Shown: piece by piece, positions 45,982-55,108 of the stretch | Position numbering within the stretch: position 1 is the first letter of the stretch | Layout: each line of letters opens with the position of its first letter | Assembly: GCA_964549595.1 (NCBI GenBank) | Contig: CAZJWK010000005.1 | Location: forward strand, 1,393 to 65,392 | DNA: 64,000 bases | Direction of reading: 5' to 3' | DNA from: an uncultured Sphingobacteriales bacterium | Lineage (GTDB): Bacteria; Bacteroidota; Bacteroidia; CAILMK01; CAYYUA01 | Made by a program: the position numbers and the translations under genes | The notes under the pieces: model-generated | The model's input: the letters and a program-made list of their open reading frames with translations, nothing else | Database searches by the model: none | What the model was told of the DNA's origin: nothing

Positions 45982-47216
45982 AAAAAAGCTTTTTCAAAGA
46001 TTATATACCCACTCATTTTTTCATTAATTTCCTCACTCTGGTTCCCTTCTCATTGGTAACGACTAAGCCATAAACCCCTTTGGCTAAACCGGAAATATTA
46101 ATTCCTATTTGCTTGCCTTTTGCATCGGGAACAGTTTTTAACGTTCTCCCATCCAGGGCTTTGATTGTGATTTTCCCTTTTGAAAGGGCTTTTTCGAAGG
46201 TCACTGTAATTTTTTCCTCTGCCGGGTTGGGCTCTATTTTAAAAGTTTCTCGCTTACTCAAACCCGGTTTAAAGCCCACAGAAGTTACCTCAACACAGGC
46301 GGAGGTATCCTTGCAGCCGTTCTGCGTGACTTCAACCGCATACCTACCATTTGAGAAGGGTTCATAAGTTTTGTTAAATGCGCCGGTAATTGAACTATAG
46401 CCATCATCCTCACACCGGAGCCAGCGGTATTGAGCCCCGCTTGCATTAGCCCTTAAGGTGGTCCCGTTTTTGGTTACCCCGGTATCTACTTCAATGATGT
46501 TAAGGTTAATGTTCAGGATACTATCACAATTGTGAACATTGGTAAGGGTATCCCAATATTTACCGGATGAAGTATAGGTCTCTCCTCCGCTTGGCAGGAT
46601 GTATTCATGACAAGCATCAGGATTGATAGTAACCCGGGATTTTTGGAGGTTCAGGTTAATATCGATAATGCTGTCGCAACCTTGCTGGTTTTCCAATGTA
46701 TCAGTATATTGACCCGTTTTGGTATAAACCTCATCCCCGCTGGGAACCCAAAAACTATCGCAGACACTAGTATCGAGGGAATAGCGATTAATCATTTCAA
46801 GTTGAATACCAATCAAACTATCGCAACCGGATGAGCCGGGAATGGTATCATGATAAAATCCTGATTGGGTATAAGTTTCATCTCCGCTGGGAACCATAAA
46901 GCTATCGCAAACAGAGGGGTAGATGGTATCCCGGTTTTTCACTTCTAAGTCAATGGTAAGAATGCTATCACAACCATTGCTACTGGGTAGGGTATCCCGG
47001 TAGCGACCGGAACCGGTGTAAGTCTCGTCCCCACTGGGCACTGTATACTGATTGCAAACTTTGGGAGAAATAGCATTGTAGGCATTGTTTTTTATGGTTA
47101 GGTCAATCACCAAAAAACTATCACAAGGAGCACTTCTTTTAATCCTGTGCGTATAAACCCCTGAAGAATTGTAGGTTTTGTTGGTTCCGGGAACGGTGTA
47201 GCTACCGCAAGCCACT
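45981..47216. repeat. 1236-bp direct repeat, copy 1
   Basis: Matches 48458-49693 at offset 2477. The encoded C-termini and the shadow ORFs (46080 vs 48557; 46607 vs 49084) are identical; one synonymous mismatch seen (47198 G vs 49675 A). Confidence 0.95.
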
Positions 47217-48391
47217 GGTTTCAAAGTATCTGACGGAAAATTATTTTCAAGCCAGAATATTTCATTTGTTCCAATGTTTGCAGCCACGATATCCATATCT
47301 CCATCCCCGTCAAAATCCGCCGCATCACAAGAAAAAGCGCCTTTGGAGGACACCAAATGATCAGTGAAATTGCCGAGCCCATCATTTTCATGCCAGTATA
47401 ATTTATCTGAAGCAGAAATAATATCTTTATCACTATCTCCATCAAAATCCTTGGCCAATACCTCTTCCGCATTGTTGGTTTGCCCGGATACATTTAACTG
47501 AGTAAAATTTTGATTGCCATCGTTTTGAAACCAATTAACCTTGCTTTTGTACTTCAAACTCGCAAAAATATCCATTTCCCCGTCACCATTCAGATCAGCA
47601 GCCCTGGATCGTTCATAATTACCATTGACTATTTTTATTTTAGTAAAACTATCTTGCCCATTGTTTCTATACCAATTAAGTTCATAAGCTATCGTTGAAT
47701 TTGAAACCAAATCCATGTGACCATCGGAATTAATATCCGCTACATAGACGCCAATGGGTTGATTAAAATTGGGGTCAACTTTTTTTCGAGTAAAACTATC
47801 TTTCCCTTCATTTTTATACCAAACTACTTTATCTTTTGTCCTTAAAGCGGCTGCTATATCTTTTTTCCCGTCACTGTTCACATCTTCCACGTGTAAATTA
47901 ATGGGATCAAAAAGCCGGTTATCTATAGTGTTAAATGTAAAATTTTCATTGCCATCATTTTCAAACCAAGCAATATAACCTTTTGAAGAACCGTTAGCAG
48001 AGGAGACTACCACATCAATATCCCCGTCCTGGTCTAAATCAGTAGGTAAAACATACCTTACGTTATCTTGATTACCAATAAGCTTATGGGTTTTAAAAGT
48101 CCCTTTCCCTTTGTTTTCGTGCCAGAATATTTTTCCATCGGCTGCGCTACTGTTCGCTGAAACGATGTCCTGATCACCATCCTTATCCACATCCGCTGTC
48201 CTCACTAAATGAGCGTCATTTGTTGTTTTAATTACACGAGGAGCACAAAAATTTTGACTGAAAGCTGAATTATTTGCCACAAAAAGAAAAAACAATCCTA
48301 AAACTAAGAAAAGCAACCGCTGGAAGGACTTGAAAGAAAATAAAGCTGATTTAATCATTTTTAACCGCAAATTAAAGAAAATTTTAAGCAC
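46013..48391 (-). CDS. T9SS-secreted FG-GAP/VCBS propeller protein with Cys-paired stalk repeats (paralog 1)
   Basis: Signal peptide; seven D-x-D-x-D-G-x-x-D blades; five 49-51 aa C-x27-C repeats; type-A CTD (KIEPNP...ISGLAKGVY...KLMKK). Start GTG 48391 or ATG 48358. Confidence 0.9.
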   Translation of the reverse strand: MLKIFFNLRLKMIKSALFSFKSFQRLLFLVLGLFFLFVANNSAFSQNFCAPRVIKTTNDAHLVRTADVDKDGDQDIVSANSSAADGKIFWHENKGKGTFKTHKLIGNQDNVRYVLPTDLDQDGDIDVVVSSANGSSKGYIAWFENDGNENFTFNTIDNRLFDPINLHVEDVNSDGKKDIAAALRTKDKVVWYKNEGKDSFTRKKVDPNFNQPIGVYVADINSDGHMDLVSNSTIAYELNWYRNNGQDSFTKIKIVNGNYERSRAADLNGDGEMDIFASLKYKSKVNWFQNDGNQNFTQLNVSGQTNNAEEVLAKDFDGDSDKDIISASDKLYWHENDGLGNFTDHLVSSKGAFSCDAADFDGDGDMDIVAANIGTNEIFWLENNFPSDTLKPVACGSYTVPGTNKTYNSSGVYTHRIKRSAPCDSFLVIDLTIKNNAYNAISPKVCNQYTVPSGDETYTGSGRYRDTLPSSNGCDSILTIDLEVKNRDTIYPSVCDSFMVPSGDETYTQSGFYHDTIPGSSGCDSLIGIQLEMINRYSLDTSVCDSFWVPSGDEVYTKTGQYTDTLENQQGCDSIIDINLNLQKSRVTINPDACHEYILPSGGETYTSSGKYWDTLTNVHNCDSILNINLNIIEVDTGVTKNGTTLRANASGAQYRWLRCEDDGYSSITGAFNKTYEPFSNGRYAVEVTQNGCKDTSACVEVTSVGFKPGLSKRETFKIEPNPAEEKITVTFEKALSKGKITIKALDGRTLKTVPDAKGKQIGINISGLAKGVYGLVVTNEKGTRVRKLMKK

Positions 48392-48457
48392 CTTATAGAT
48401 GATTATACAAGGAATAAAAGTAAAATGTCAATGAATGGTATTTTTCCAAAATTACCC

Positions 48458-49693
48458 TAAAAAAGCTTTTTCAAAGATTATATACCCACTCATTTTTTCA
48501 TTAATTTCCTCACTCTGGTTCCCTTCTCATTGGTAACGACTAAGCCATAAACCCCTTTGGCTAAACCGGAAATATTAATTCCTATTTGCTTGCCTTTTGC
48601 ATCGGGAACAGTTTTTAACGTTCTCCCATCCAGGGCTTTGATTGTGATTTTCCCTTTTGAAAGGGCTTTTTCGAAGGTCACTGTAATTTTTTCCTCTGCC
48701 GGGTTGGGCTCTATTTTAAAAGTTTCTCGCTTACTCAAACCCGGTTTAAAGCCCACAGAAGTTACCTCAACACAGGCGGAGGTATCCTTGCAGCCGTTCT
48801 GCGTGACTTCAACCGCATACCTACCATTTGAGAAGGGTTCATAAGTTTTGTTAAATGCGCCGGTAATTGAACTATAGCCATCATCCTCACACCGGAGCCA
48901 GCGGTATTGAGCCCCGCTTGCATTAGCCCTTAAGGTGGTCCCGTTTTTGGTTACCCCGGTATCTACTTCAATGATGTTAAGGTTAATGTTCAGGATACTA
49001 TCACAATTGTGAACATTGGTAAGGGTATCCCAATATTTACCGGATGAAGTATAGGTCTCTCCTCCGCTTGGCAGGATGTATTCATGACAAGCATCAGGAT
49101 TGATAGTAACCCGGGATTTTTGGAGGTTCAGGTTAATATCGATAATGCTGTCGCAACCTTGCTGGTTTTCCAATGTATCAGTATATTGACCCGTTTTGGT
49201 ATAAACCTCATCCCCGCTGGGAACCCAAAAACTATCGCAGACACTAGTATCGAGGGAATAGCGATTAATCATTTCAAGTTGAATACCAATCAAACTATCG
49301 CAACCGGATGAGCCGGGAATGGTATCATGATAAAATCCTGATTGGGTATAAGTTTCATCTCCGCTGGGAACCATAAAGCTATCGCAAACAGAGGGGTAGA
49401 TGGTATCCCGGTTTTTCACTTCTAAGTCAATGGTAAGAATGCTATCACAACCATTGCTACTGGGTAGGGTATCCCGGTAGCGACCGGAACCGGTGTAAGT
49501 CTCGTCCCCACTGGGCACTGTATACTGATTGCAAACTTTGGGAGAAATAGCATTGTAGGCATTGTTTTTTATGGTTAGGTCAATCACCAAAAAACTATCA
49601 CAAGGAGCACTTCTTTTAATCCTGTGCGTATAAACCCCTGAAGAATTGTAGGTTTTGTTGGTTCCGGGAACGGTATAGCTACCGCAAGCCACT
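48458..49693. repeat. 1236-bp direct repeat, copy 2
   Basis: Begins TAAAAAAGCTTTTTCAAAGA and ends GCAAGCCACT, as copy 1 does. Confidence 0.95.
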
Positions 49694-50799
49694 TTTTTCA
49701 TGGTATCTGCCAGGAATTTATTTTCAAACCAATACACCTTTCCTTTATCCTCATTAACCAAAGCCACATCCTTATCACCATCTCTATCAAAATCTGCGGC
49801 ATTAATATCTGAACCACCAATATTAGCGGTTATTAAGTGGTCTGTAAAATTTCCATTTCCATCATTCTCGTGCCAATATACCTCATTGGAGGCCGATACT
49901 ATATCCAAATCACCATCAGAATCTAAATCCAATGGTAAAACACCATCTACATCTACGGTTTGATTAGTGACATTATACTCAGAAAAATTTTCTTGCCCGT
50001 CATTTTGAAACCATGAAATTTCATCATCAAATGTGAAAGAAGTTACAATATCTATTTCACCATCCTGATCAAAGTCACCTTCTCCTATATTACGATGTTT
50101 GTCCCTTGAAATTAAATTACTTATAAAACTATCATGGCCATTATTTTTATAGTAGATCATTTCAAACGCAATAGTGGAGGTGGCAACCACATCTTTATAC
50201 CCATCTTTATTCAAATCCTCGACAAATAGGCCATTGACTTCATTGAAAGAGGAGTCAACAATCATACGGGTAAAATTTTCACTCCCATCATTTTTATACC
50301 ATACTACTTTATCCTTACCATTTAAACACGCCGCAATATCCATTGCCCCATCCCTGTTAATATCTTCCACTTCAAGGTCAATCGGGTAAGATAGTTGAGT
50401 GGATATGGTATGATTAGAAAAGTTTTGATTACCATCATTTTCAAACCAGAAGAATTTGTCCCATGAAGAAGCCACAATGTCAATATCTCCGTCCTGATCA
50501 AGGTCTGCAGAAGCAATATCCATAACCACCTTTTCATTGTTCGTAATTGTATGATTTTTAAAGTTGCCATCCCCATCACTCTCATGCCAAACTATCTTAT
50601 TATCCTCCTCAAAAAAATCACCGGTTGCTGAAACGATGTCATGATCCCCATCACTATCTATGTCCGATGTTTTCACCAAATGAACTTCCTTGGCATTCAT
50701 GATTACCCTGGATGCACAAAAATTTTGGGAAAAACCGTAGGAATTTCCCATCAGCAAGCAAATTAAAAGATTGAATAAAATAATAAAGCCTCTTCTCAT
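48490..50799 (-). CDS. T9SS-secreted FG-GAP/VCBS propeller protein with Cys-paired stalk repeats (paralog 2)
   Basis: Same architecture as paralog 1; the propeller is diverged, while the stalk and CTD protein sequence is identical. Confidence 0.9.
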   Translation of the reverse strand: MRRGFIILFNLLICLLMGNSYGFSQNFCASRVIMNAKEVHLVKTSDIDSDGDHDIVSATGDFFEEDNKIVWHESDGDGNFKNHTITNNEKVVMDIASADLDQDGDIDIVASSWDKFFWFENDGNQNFSNHTISTQLSYPIDLEVEDINRDGAMDIAACLNGKDKVVWYKNDGSENFTRMIVDSSFNEVNGLFVEDLNKDGYKDVVATSTIAFEMIYYKNNGHDSFISNLISRDKHRNIGEGDFDQDGEIDIVTSFTFDDEISWFQNDGQENFSEYNVTNQTVDVDGVLPLDLDSDGDLDIVSASNEVYWHENDGNGNFTDHLITANIGGSDINAADFDRDGDKDVALVNEDKGKVYWFENKFLADTMKKVACGSYTVPGTNKTYNSSGVYTHRIKRSAPCDSFLVIDLTIKNNAYNAISPKVCNQYTVPSGDETYTGSGRYRDTLPSSNGCDSILTIDLEVKNRDTIYPSVCDSFMVPSGDETYTQSGFYHDTIPGSSGCDSLIGIQLEMINRYSLDTSVCDSFWVPSGDEVYTKTGQYTDTLENQQGCDSIIDINLNLQKSRVTINPDACHEYILPSGGETYTSSGKYWDTLTNVHNCDSILNINLNIIEVDTGVTKNGTTLRANASGAQYRWLRCEDDGYSSITGAFNKTYEPFSNGRYAVEVTQNGCKDTSACVEVTSVGFKPGLSKRETFKIEPNPAEEKITVTFEKALSKGKITIKALDGRTLKTVPDAKGKQIGINISGLAKGVYGLVVTNEKGTRVRKLMKK

Positions 50800-50929
50800 A
50801 AAGGTCGAATTTAAACTTTGAAAAAATCAATACATATTAGTCCAAGAAAAAGTTACCAATACGGAACGCAAAACCCTTCCCTCTTTGTATAAACGGTGTA
50901 GAAAACAAATTTTTTAAAAAAACCCCGCA

Positions 50930-51154
50930 ATGAACACTTACGAAAAACAAACCCATAAAGCCAAAGTCCGGCGCGTATTAGGTTACAGCCTTTTATGGTT
51001 TTTCCTGGCCTTTTTAATTTGGTTTGTTTCTTCCTGGACCGGAAAAAATTACCCCATGGATAGCTTTTTAATCGGATTTTTAATCTTAATAGGATTGGCA
51101 AGGGTTTATCAAGCCGCCGGTTTTTACAAAAAGGAAAAGGAGTACTTAAAATAA
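50930..51154 (+). CDS. Small hypothetical membrane protein (2 TM)
   Basis: 74 aa, two hydrophobic helices with basic termini, A-rich leader; stop lies 5 bp from the convergent gene's stop. Confidence 0.55.
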   Translation: MNTYEKQTHKAKVRRVLGYSLLWFFLAFLIWFVSSWTGKNYPMDSFLIGFLILIGLARVYQAAGFYKKEKEYLK

Positions 51155-51159
51155 CTTTT

Positions 51160-51720
51160 TTAAAGCTCTGTAATTTTTAAGCTCCCTAAAACAGTAGTGC
51201 TTAAAATCGTTAAAGTTGGTACCGAAGCATCTTCAGATTCATGGCTCCTCCATTGGTTCTCCCCAAAAGAGCCGGTTGACCCATCAGGCCCTTTGGTTTC
51301 CCCTAAAAACGTAGAAGCCCGTATTTGATAGGGGACCCCTTTGGGAATAAAAATCCGACATTCCCCGAAAATCGTTTTAACCTCTACGCTACGGGATTCC
51401 TTTAAGGTGAAATGCTTAAAGTTCAATACTTGATTTCCAAAGAGTACGGTGTATTCCCGCTTAAGGCCGTCTGAATCTATTGTAAATTCATTCAACCCCA
51501 AAAAGACCGTATTTTGAAGGCCTTTTAATGGTTGATTATGTTGGCCCTGCCCGGGATTTTTTTCCCTGTCAATGAGTTCAATACCCAGGCCCACCAATAG
51601 GATGGCTATTACTAACCGGAAAAACGGAATTTCAAAAGTGAGCCATTCCGCTATAAACAAAAGAACGCCCAATGCCATAAACAGAAAAGCCCAAAAGTAA
51701 CGGCTGGTAAGTAGCTTCAT
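51160..51720 (-). CDS. LiaF-like / DUF2154 cell-wall-active antibiotic response protein
   Basis: Two N-terminal TM helices, then VFLG, VLFGNQVLNF, TIFGECRIFIP, TVLGSLKI. ATG 51720 is preferred over 51765. Confidence 0.75.
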   Translation of the reverse strand: MKLLTSRYFWAFLFMALGVLLFIAEWLTFEIPFFRLVIAILLVGLGIELIDREKNPGQGQHNQPLKGLQNTVFLGLNEFTIDSDGLKREYTVLFGNQVLNFKHFTLKESRSVEVKTIFGECRIFIPKGVPYQIRASTFLGETKGPDGSTGSFGENQWRSHESEDASVPTLTILSTTVLGSLKITEL

Positions 51721-52163
51721 AAACAGATTGAAATTGCTATTGAAATTAAAAAGATGACAAATCAAGTATTTTGAACGGGTATGTCAGCAATAATTCTCAC
51801 TTTTTTCTGCGAAAGCGAACTGGTCAAAAATAAGAAAACCTGGAGTTTTATCATTTTAATGGGGTCACCCTTTCCCGGCTTACAACTAAAAACAATGCTT
51901 TTAAAAGTTACCACAATCGTTTATTCCTACGAGATTCACAATCATTGGCCAATAAACCAGATAAATTTAAGTTACCCCATAAATAATCTTAACTAAGCTT
52001 CGCTAAATATCCAAAGGTCAATACTCACTTAAACTTTTCAAGGTTTAATGTCCTGTTTTCCAATGCTTTTGAAAAGTGGTAATCATCAACCTTTAGGCTG
52101 GTTACGCTTTAAGTTAAACTTTGCTTTAAATTCGTTGTTCACTCCAAAACTTTTTAGAAAAGA

Positions 52164-53513
52164 ATGCTTATGAAAATTACCCGTTTCATAGTCATCGCCA
52201 CAGTTGCCTTTTTTGGTGCAATCAGTTTAAGTTGCCAGGAAAGCCAAAATGAAAATGAAGATACCAAAGACACAGCTCAAAGTACTGCTACTTCTCCGAA
52301 AAATTACAAACCCGGCAAATACCACTCGAAAGCCGGTATTGAAATACCTAAGGGCTTTGAAGCAAAAAAGATTGCTGATAATCTGGGCTCAGCCCGGCAC
52401 ATAGCCATTAGAGAAAACGGTGATATTTATATCGCTTTACGGGAAAAAAACAACGGAAAAGGAACCGTGGCTTTGCGTGACAAAGACGGGGATAATCAAG
52501 CGGATGAAATGAAATACTTTGGGGATGTTACCGGAACCGGGGTTGCCTTACGCAATGGCTACTTATACCGCAGTTCAGAAACAGCGGTTTATCGCTACCC
52601 CTTGAGTGAAGACCAGTTAATCCCTAAAGTTGATGAAAGAGAAACCATTCTCAAGGGGATGCCGGAACAAAATTCGCATGCAGCCAAGCCTATAGATTTT
52701 GACAACAAAGGTAACCTCTACATCAATGTCGGGGCCCCGTCCAATGCTTGTATGAAGCAGAGCAGAACCAAAGGATCACCCGGGATGGATCCTTGTCCGC
52801 TGCTTAAGGAACACGGTGGCATCTGGAAGTACAGAGCCGACCAAACCGGTCAAACCCATGATCCGGGAAATCGTTTTGCCACCGGGATGCGAAACATTGT
52901 TGCCCTGGATTGGGATAATCAGCAAGAGAACCTTTTCGTTGTCCAGCATGGCAGGGATCAATTAAGTCAGTTTTTCCCGGAACTATACAATGATGAGCAA
53001 AACGCCAAGTTGCCTGCTGAGGAATTTCACCGCGTAGAAGAAGGTGATAACCTGGGCTGGCCTTATTGTTACTATGATCAAATTCAAGGAAAGAAAGTAC
53101 TGGGCCCGGAATACGGGGGAGATGGTGATTCCGTGGGCCGATGCGATCAATACCAAAAGCCCCTGATCGGCTTTCCGGGTCACTGGGGCCCGAACGATTT
53201 GATATTTTATAACCACAGTCATTTCCCTGAAAAATATGCCAACGGAGCTTTCATTGCTTTTCATGGTTCATGGAACCGGGCACCAAAGCCCCAGGCCGGC
53301 TATAATGTGGCATTTGTGCCTTTTAAAAATGGCAAATTAACCGGTAAAGATGATTGGTTCGTTTTCGGTAAGGGATTTAAGGGCAAGGATACATTAAAAT
53401 CACCTCGAAATGCACAACACAGGCCAATGGGGCTTACCACCGGACCACAGGGAGCTTTATACATTACTGACTCTCAAAAAGGGGCAGTTTGGCGCATTAC
53501 CTTCGAAGGGTAA
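52164..53513 (+). CDS. PQQ-dependent sugar (L-sorbosone/glucose) dehydrogenase-family lipoprotein
   Basis: Lipobox ISLS-C then QESQNENED; ARHIA, YINVGAPSN, FATGMRN, HGRD, GWPYCY, GHWGPND, FHGSWNR, HRPMGL, GALYITD. Confidence 0.85.
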   Translation: MLMKITRFIVIATVAFFGAISLSCQESQNENEDTKDTAQSTATSPKNYKPGKYHSKAGIEIPKGFEAKKIADNLGSARHIAIRENGDIYIALREKNNGKGTVALRDKDGDNQADEMKYFGDVTGTGVALRNGYLYRSSETAVYRYPLSEDQLIPKVDERETILKGMPEQNSHAAKPIDFDNKGNLYINVGAPSNACMKQSRTKGSPGMDPCPLLKEHGGIWKYRADQTGQTHDPGNRFATGMRNIVALDWDNQQENLFVVQHGRDQLSQFFPELYNDEQNAKLPAEEFHRVEEGDNLGWPYCYYDQIQGKKVLGPEYGGDGDSVGRCDQYQKPLIGFPGHWGPNDLIFYNHSHFPEKYANGAFIAFHGSWNRAPKPQAGYNVAFVPFKNGKLTGKDDWFVFGKGFKGKDTLKSPRNAQHRPMGLTTGPQGALYITDSQKGAVWRITFEG

Positions 53514-53523
53514 AAATGCCACT

Positions 53524-53952
53524 ATGTATCAAAAAGATTACTTGCTTAGGTATATTGAGCAATTGTCAAAAGCCATTACCAAGCTCCTAAACAAAAAGAA
53601 CGAAGGGGATATAGAAGGGGCTTTTGACTACCTCAACCACTATTATCAGGAAACGATTGGGCTAAACAATGATCAGCCCTTATATCTATTCACGCCTAAC
53701 CAGTTATTGAAATATTTATCCGACAATTTTCAACCCAGTGTTGAGGAATTAACAACTTTTGCAAGGCTTGTGGAAGCCGAGGCGCAATTATGGGAAACCA
53801 GGGAAAATATCGATGAAGCCATCCACCGGTACAGTTTGGCTTTTGCCCTGGTCAATGAAGCCATCGAAAAGGATAAAACCACTTTTTCCTTAGAAAGGAA
53901 CCGACAAAAGCGTCATTACGAGAAAAAAGTCAATCAACTTAGTCACTTGTAA
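53524..53952 (+). CDS. Hypothetical helical protein (DUF6483-like, tentative)
   Basis: MYQKDYLLRYIEQLSKAI start motif; ATG 53524 lies 10 bp after the dehydrogenase stop (the ORF track extends to 53410 inside the upstream gene). Confidence 0.62.
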   Translation: MYQKDYLLRYIEQLSKAITKLLNKKNEGDIEGAFDYLNHYYQETIGLNNDQPLYLFTPNQLLKYLSDNFQPSVEELTTFARLVEAEAQLWETRENIDEAIHRYSLAFALVNEAIEKDKTTFSLERNRQKRHYEKKVNQLSHL

Positions 53953-54077
53953 AGGTTGAAAACTTAGGCCTAAAATATATTTATGCCACAAATCCCCAAT
54001 TTTGGAAGGTTCGTTTTAATTGATTCTTGATTAAACTGTTAAGAACATTTAAGGATTATTGATGAACCTTATTATTT

Positions 54078-55058
54078 TTGGATGACAATTTAAAATCCAA
54101 TATTATGCAGAACGTCAAAAGTAACCTCACACGATGGATTCTGGGCATCATCCCAATAATTGGCCTGGTCACTATATTTTTCAGCTGCAGTAATAAGAGT
54201 AACTCCAAGGGCAATGAAGGAACAGAAGAAAACAATAAATTAGAGAACGCACTTTTGTGGAAGATCAAGGGAGAAAACTCAGATAAACCTTCTTATTTAT
54301 TCGGTACGCTTCATTTGATGAAGTCAGACTACCTGGATAATTGGCCCAAAGTGAAAGAAACCTACCAAAATGCTGATAAAGTAATCGTAGAGACTATTAT
54401 TGACTCTTCTAAGCTCATGCAATTCGGAAGGATGATGGCCATGAAAGGGAAAACCCTTCAGGATTATGTGGACAGTACCGAATACCAAAAAATAAAAAGC
54501 TATGCAACCGATAAGATCAGTTATCCCATGTCCACATTGGACCGTTTCAAACCAATCCAGGTTTTAATCATGCTTTCAATGGCTGAATACAAAGAGGTCT
54601 CGACTCCCTTGAATAAAGGCGATGGGATGATCATTGACCAGTATTTTGGCCGTAAGGGTAAAAAGCGTGGGAAAAAAGTGATCGAACTTGAGGAATTTCT
54701 GGAACAAGGCGAAATGCTTTACCAGAAGAAATCCAATTCAGAACAGGCAGAGATGCTTGTTTCCTATATCAATGAATCAGAAACCATGGGAAAAACAGCC
54801 AAATCCCTGATCAAATCCTACGAAAACCAAAACCTTAATCAATTGAAAACCCTTTATGAAAAAAATCAGGAGGTCTTTAAAAGCTTGGCTTTTCTTCTTA
54901 CCAAGCGGAATAAAAAATGGATAAAAAGGGTTAAACCCGTTTTCGAGAAAGGAGGGGCATTCATGGCGGTTGGTGCACTGCACTTACCGGGAAAAAAAGG
55001 ATTAATAAAATTATTAAGGGATAAAGGGTTTAAGGTGAAACCTATGGATGTCAAATAA
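54078..55058 (+). CDS. TraB/GumN family lipoprotein
   Basis: LLWKI, SYLFGTLH, ELEEFLEQ, LLTKRNKKW, FMAVGALHLPGKKGLIKLL; lipobox FFS-C. Confidence 0.88.
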   Translation: MDDNLKSNIMQNVKSNLTRWILGIIPIIGLVTIFFSCSNKSNSKGNEGTEENNKLENALLWKIKGENSDKPSYLFGTLHLMKSDYLDNWPKVKETYQNADKVIVETIIDSSKLMQFGRMMAMKGKTLQDYVDSTEYQKIKSYATDKISYPMSTLDRFKPIQVLIMLSMAEYKEVSTPLNKGDGMIIDQYFGRKGKKRGKKVIELEEFLEQGEMLYQKKSNSEQAEMLVSYINESETMGKTAKSLIKSYENQNLNQLKTLYEKNQEVFKSLAFLLTKRNKKWIKRVKPVFEKGGAFMAVGALHLPGKKGLIKLLRDKGFKVKPMDVK

Positions 55059-55068
55059 GATTTGGCAG

Positions 55069-55089
55069 CACCACCTTTTTAAAGTGGTG
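55069..55089. terminator. Possible hairpin terminator between convergent genes
   Basis: CACCAC...GTGGTG inverted repeat in a 50-bp convergent gap. Confidence 0.4.
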
Positions 55090-55108
55090 TCAAGCCGGTA
55101 AATATTAA

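Noticed and set aside
46490-49686. Regularly spaced repeats considered as a CRISPR or DGR-like array
   Set aside because: The units are degenerate in-frame protein repeats of about 147-153 bp with no unique spacers. There are no cas or reverse transcriptase genes, and no adenine-specific mismatch pattern was seen between the copies.
51781-51996. 71-aa ORF in the long intergenic region
   Set aside because: No signal, motif or coding-like composition; the region is better explained as divergent promoter space.
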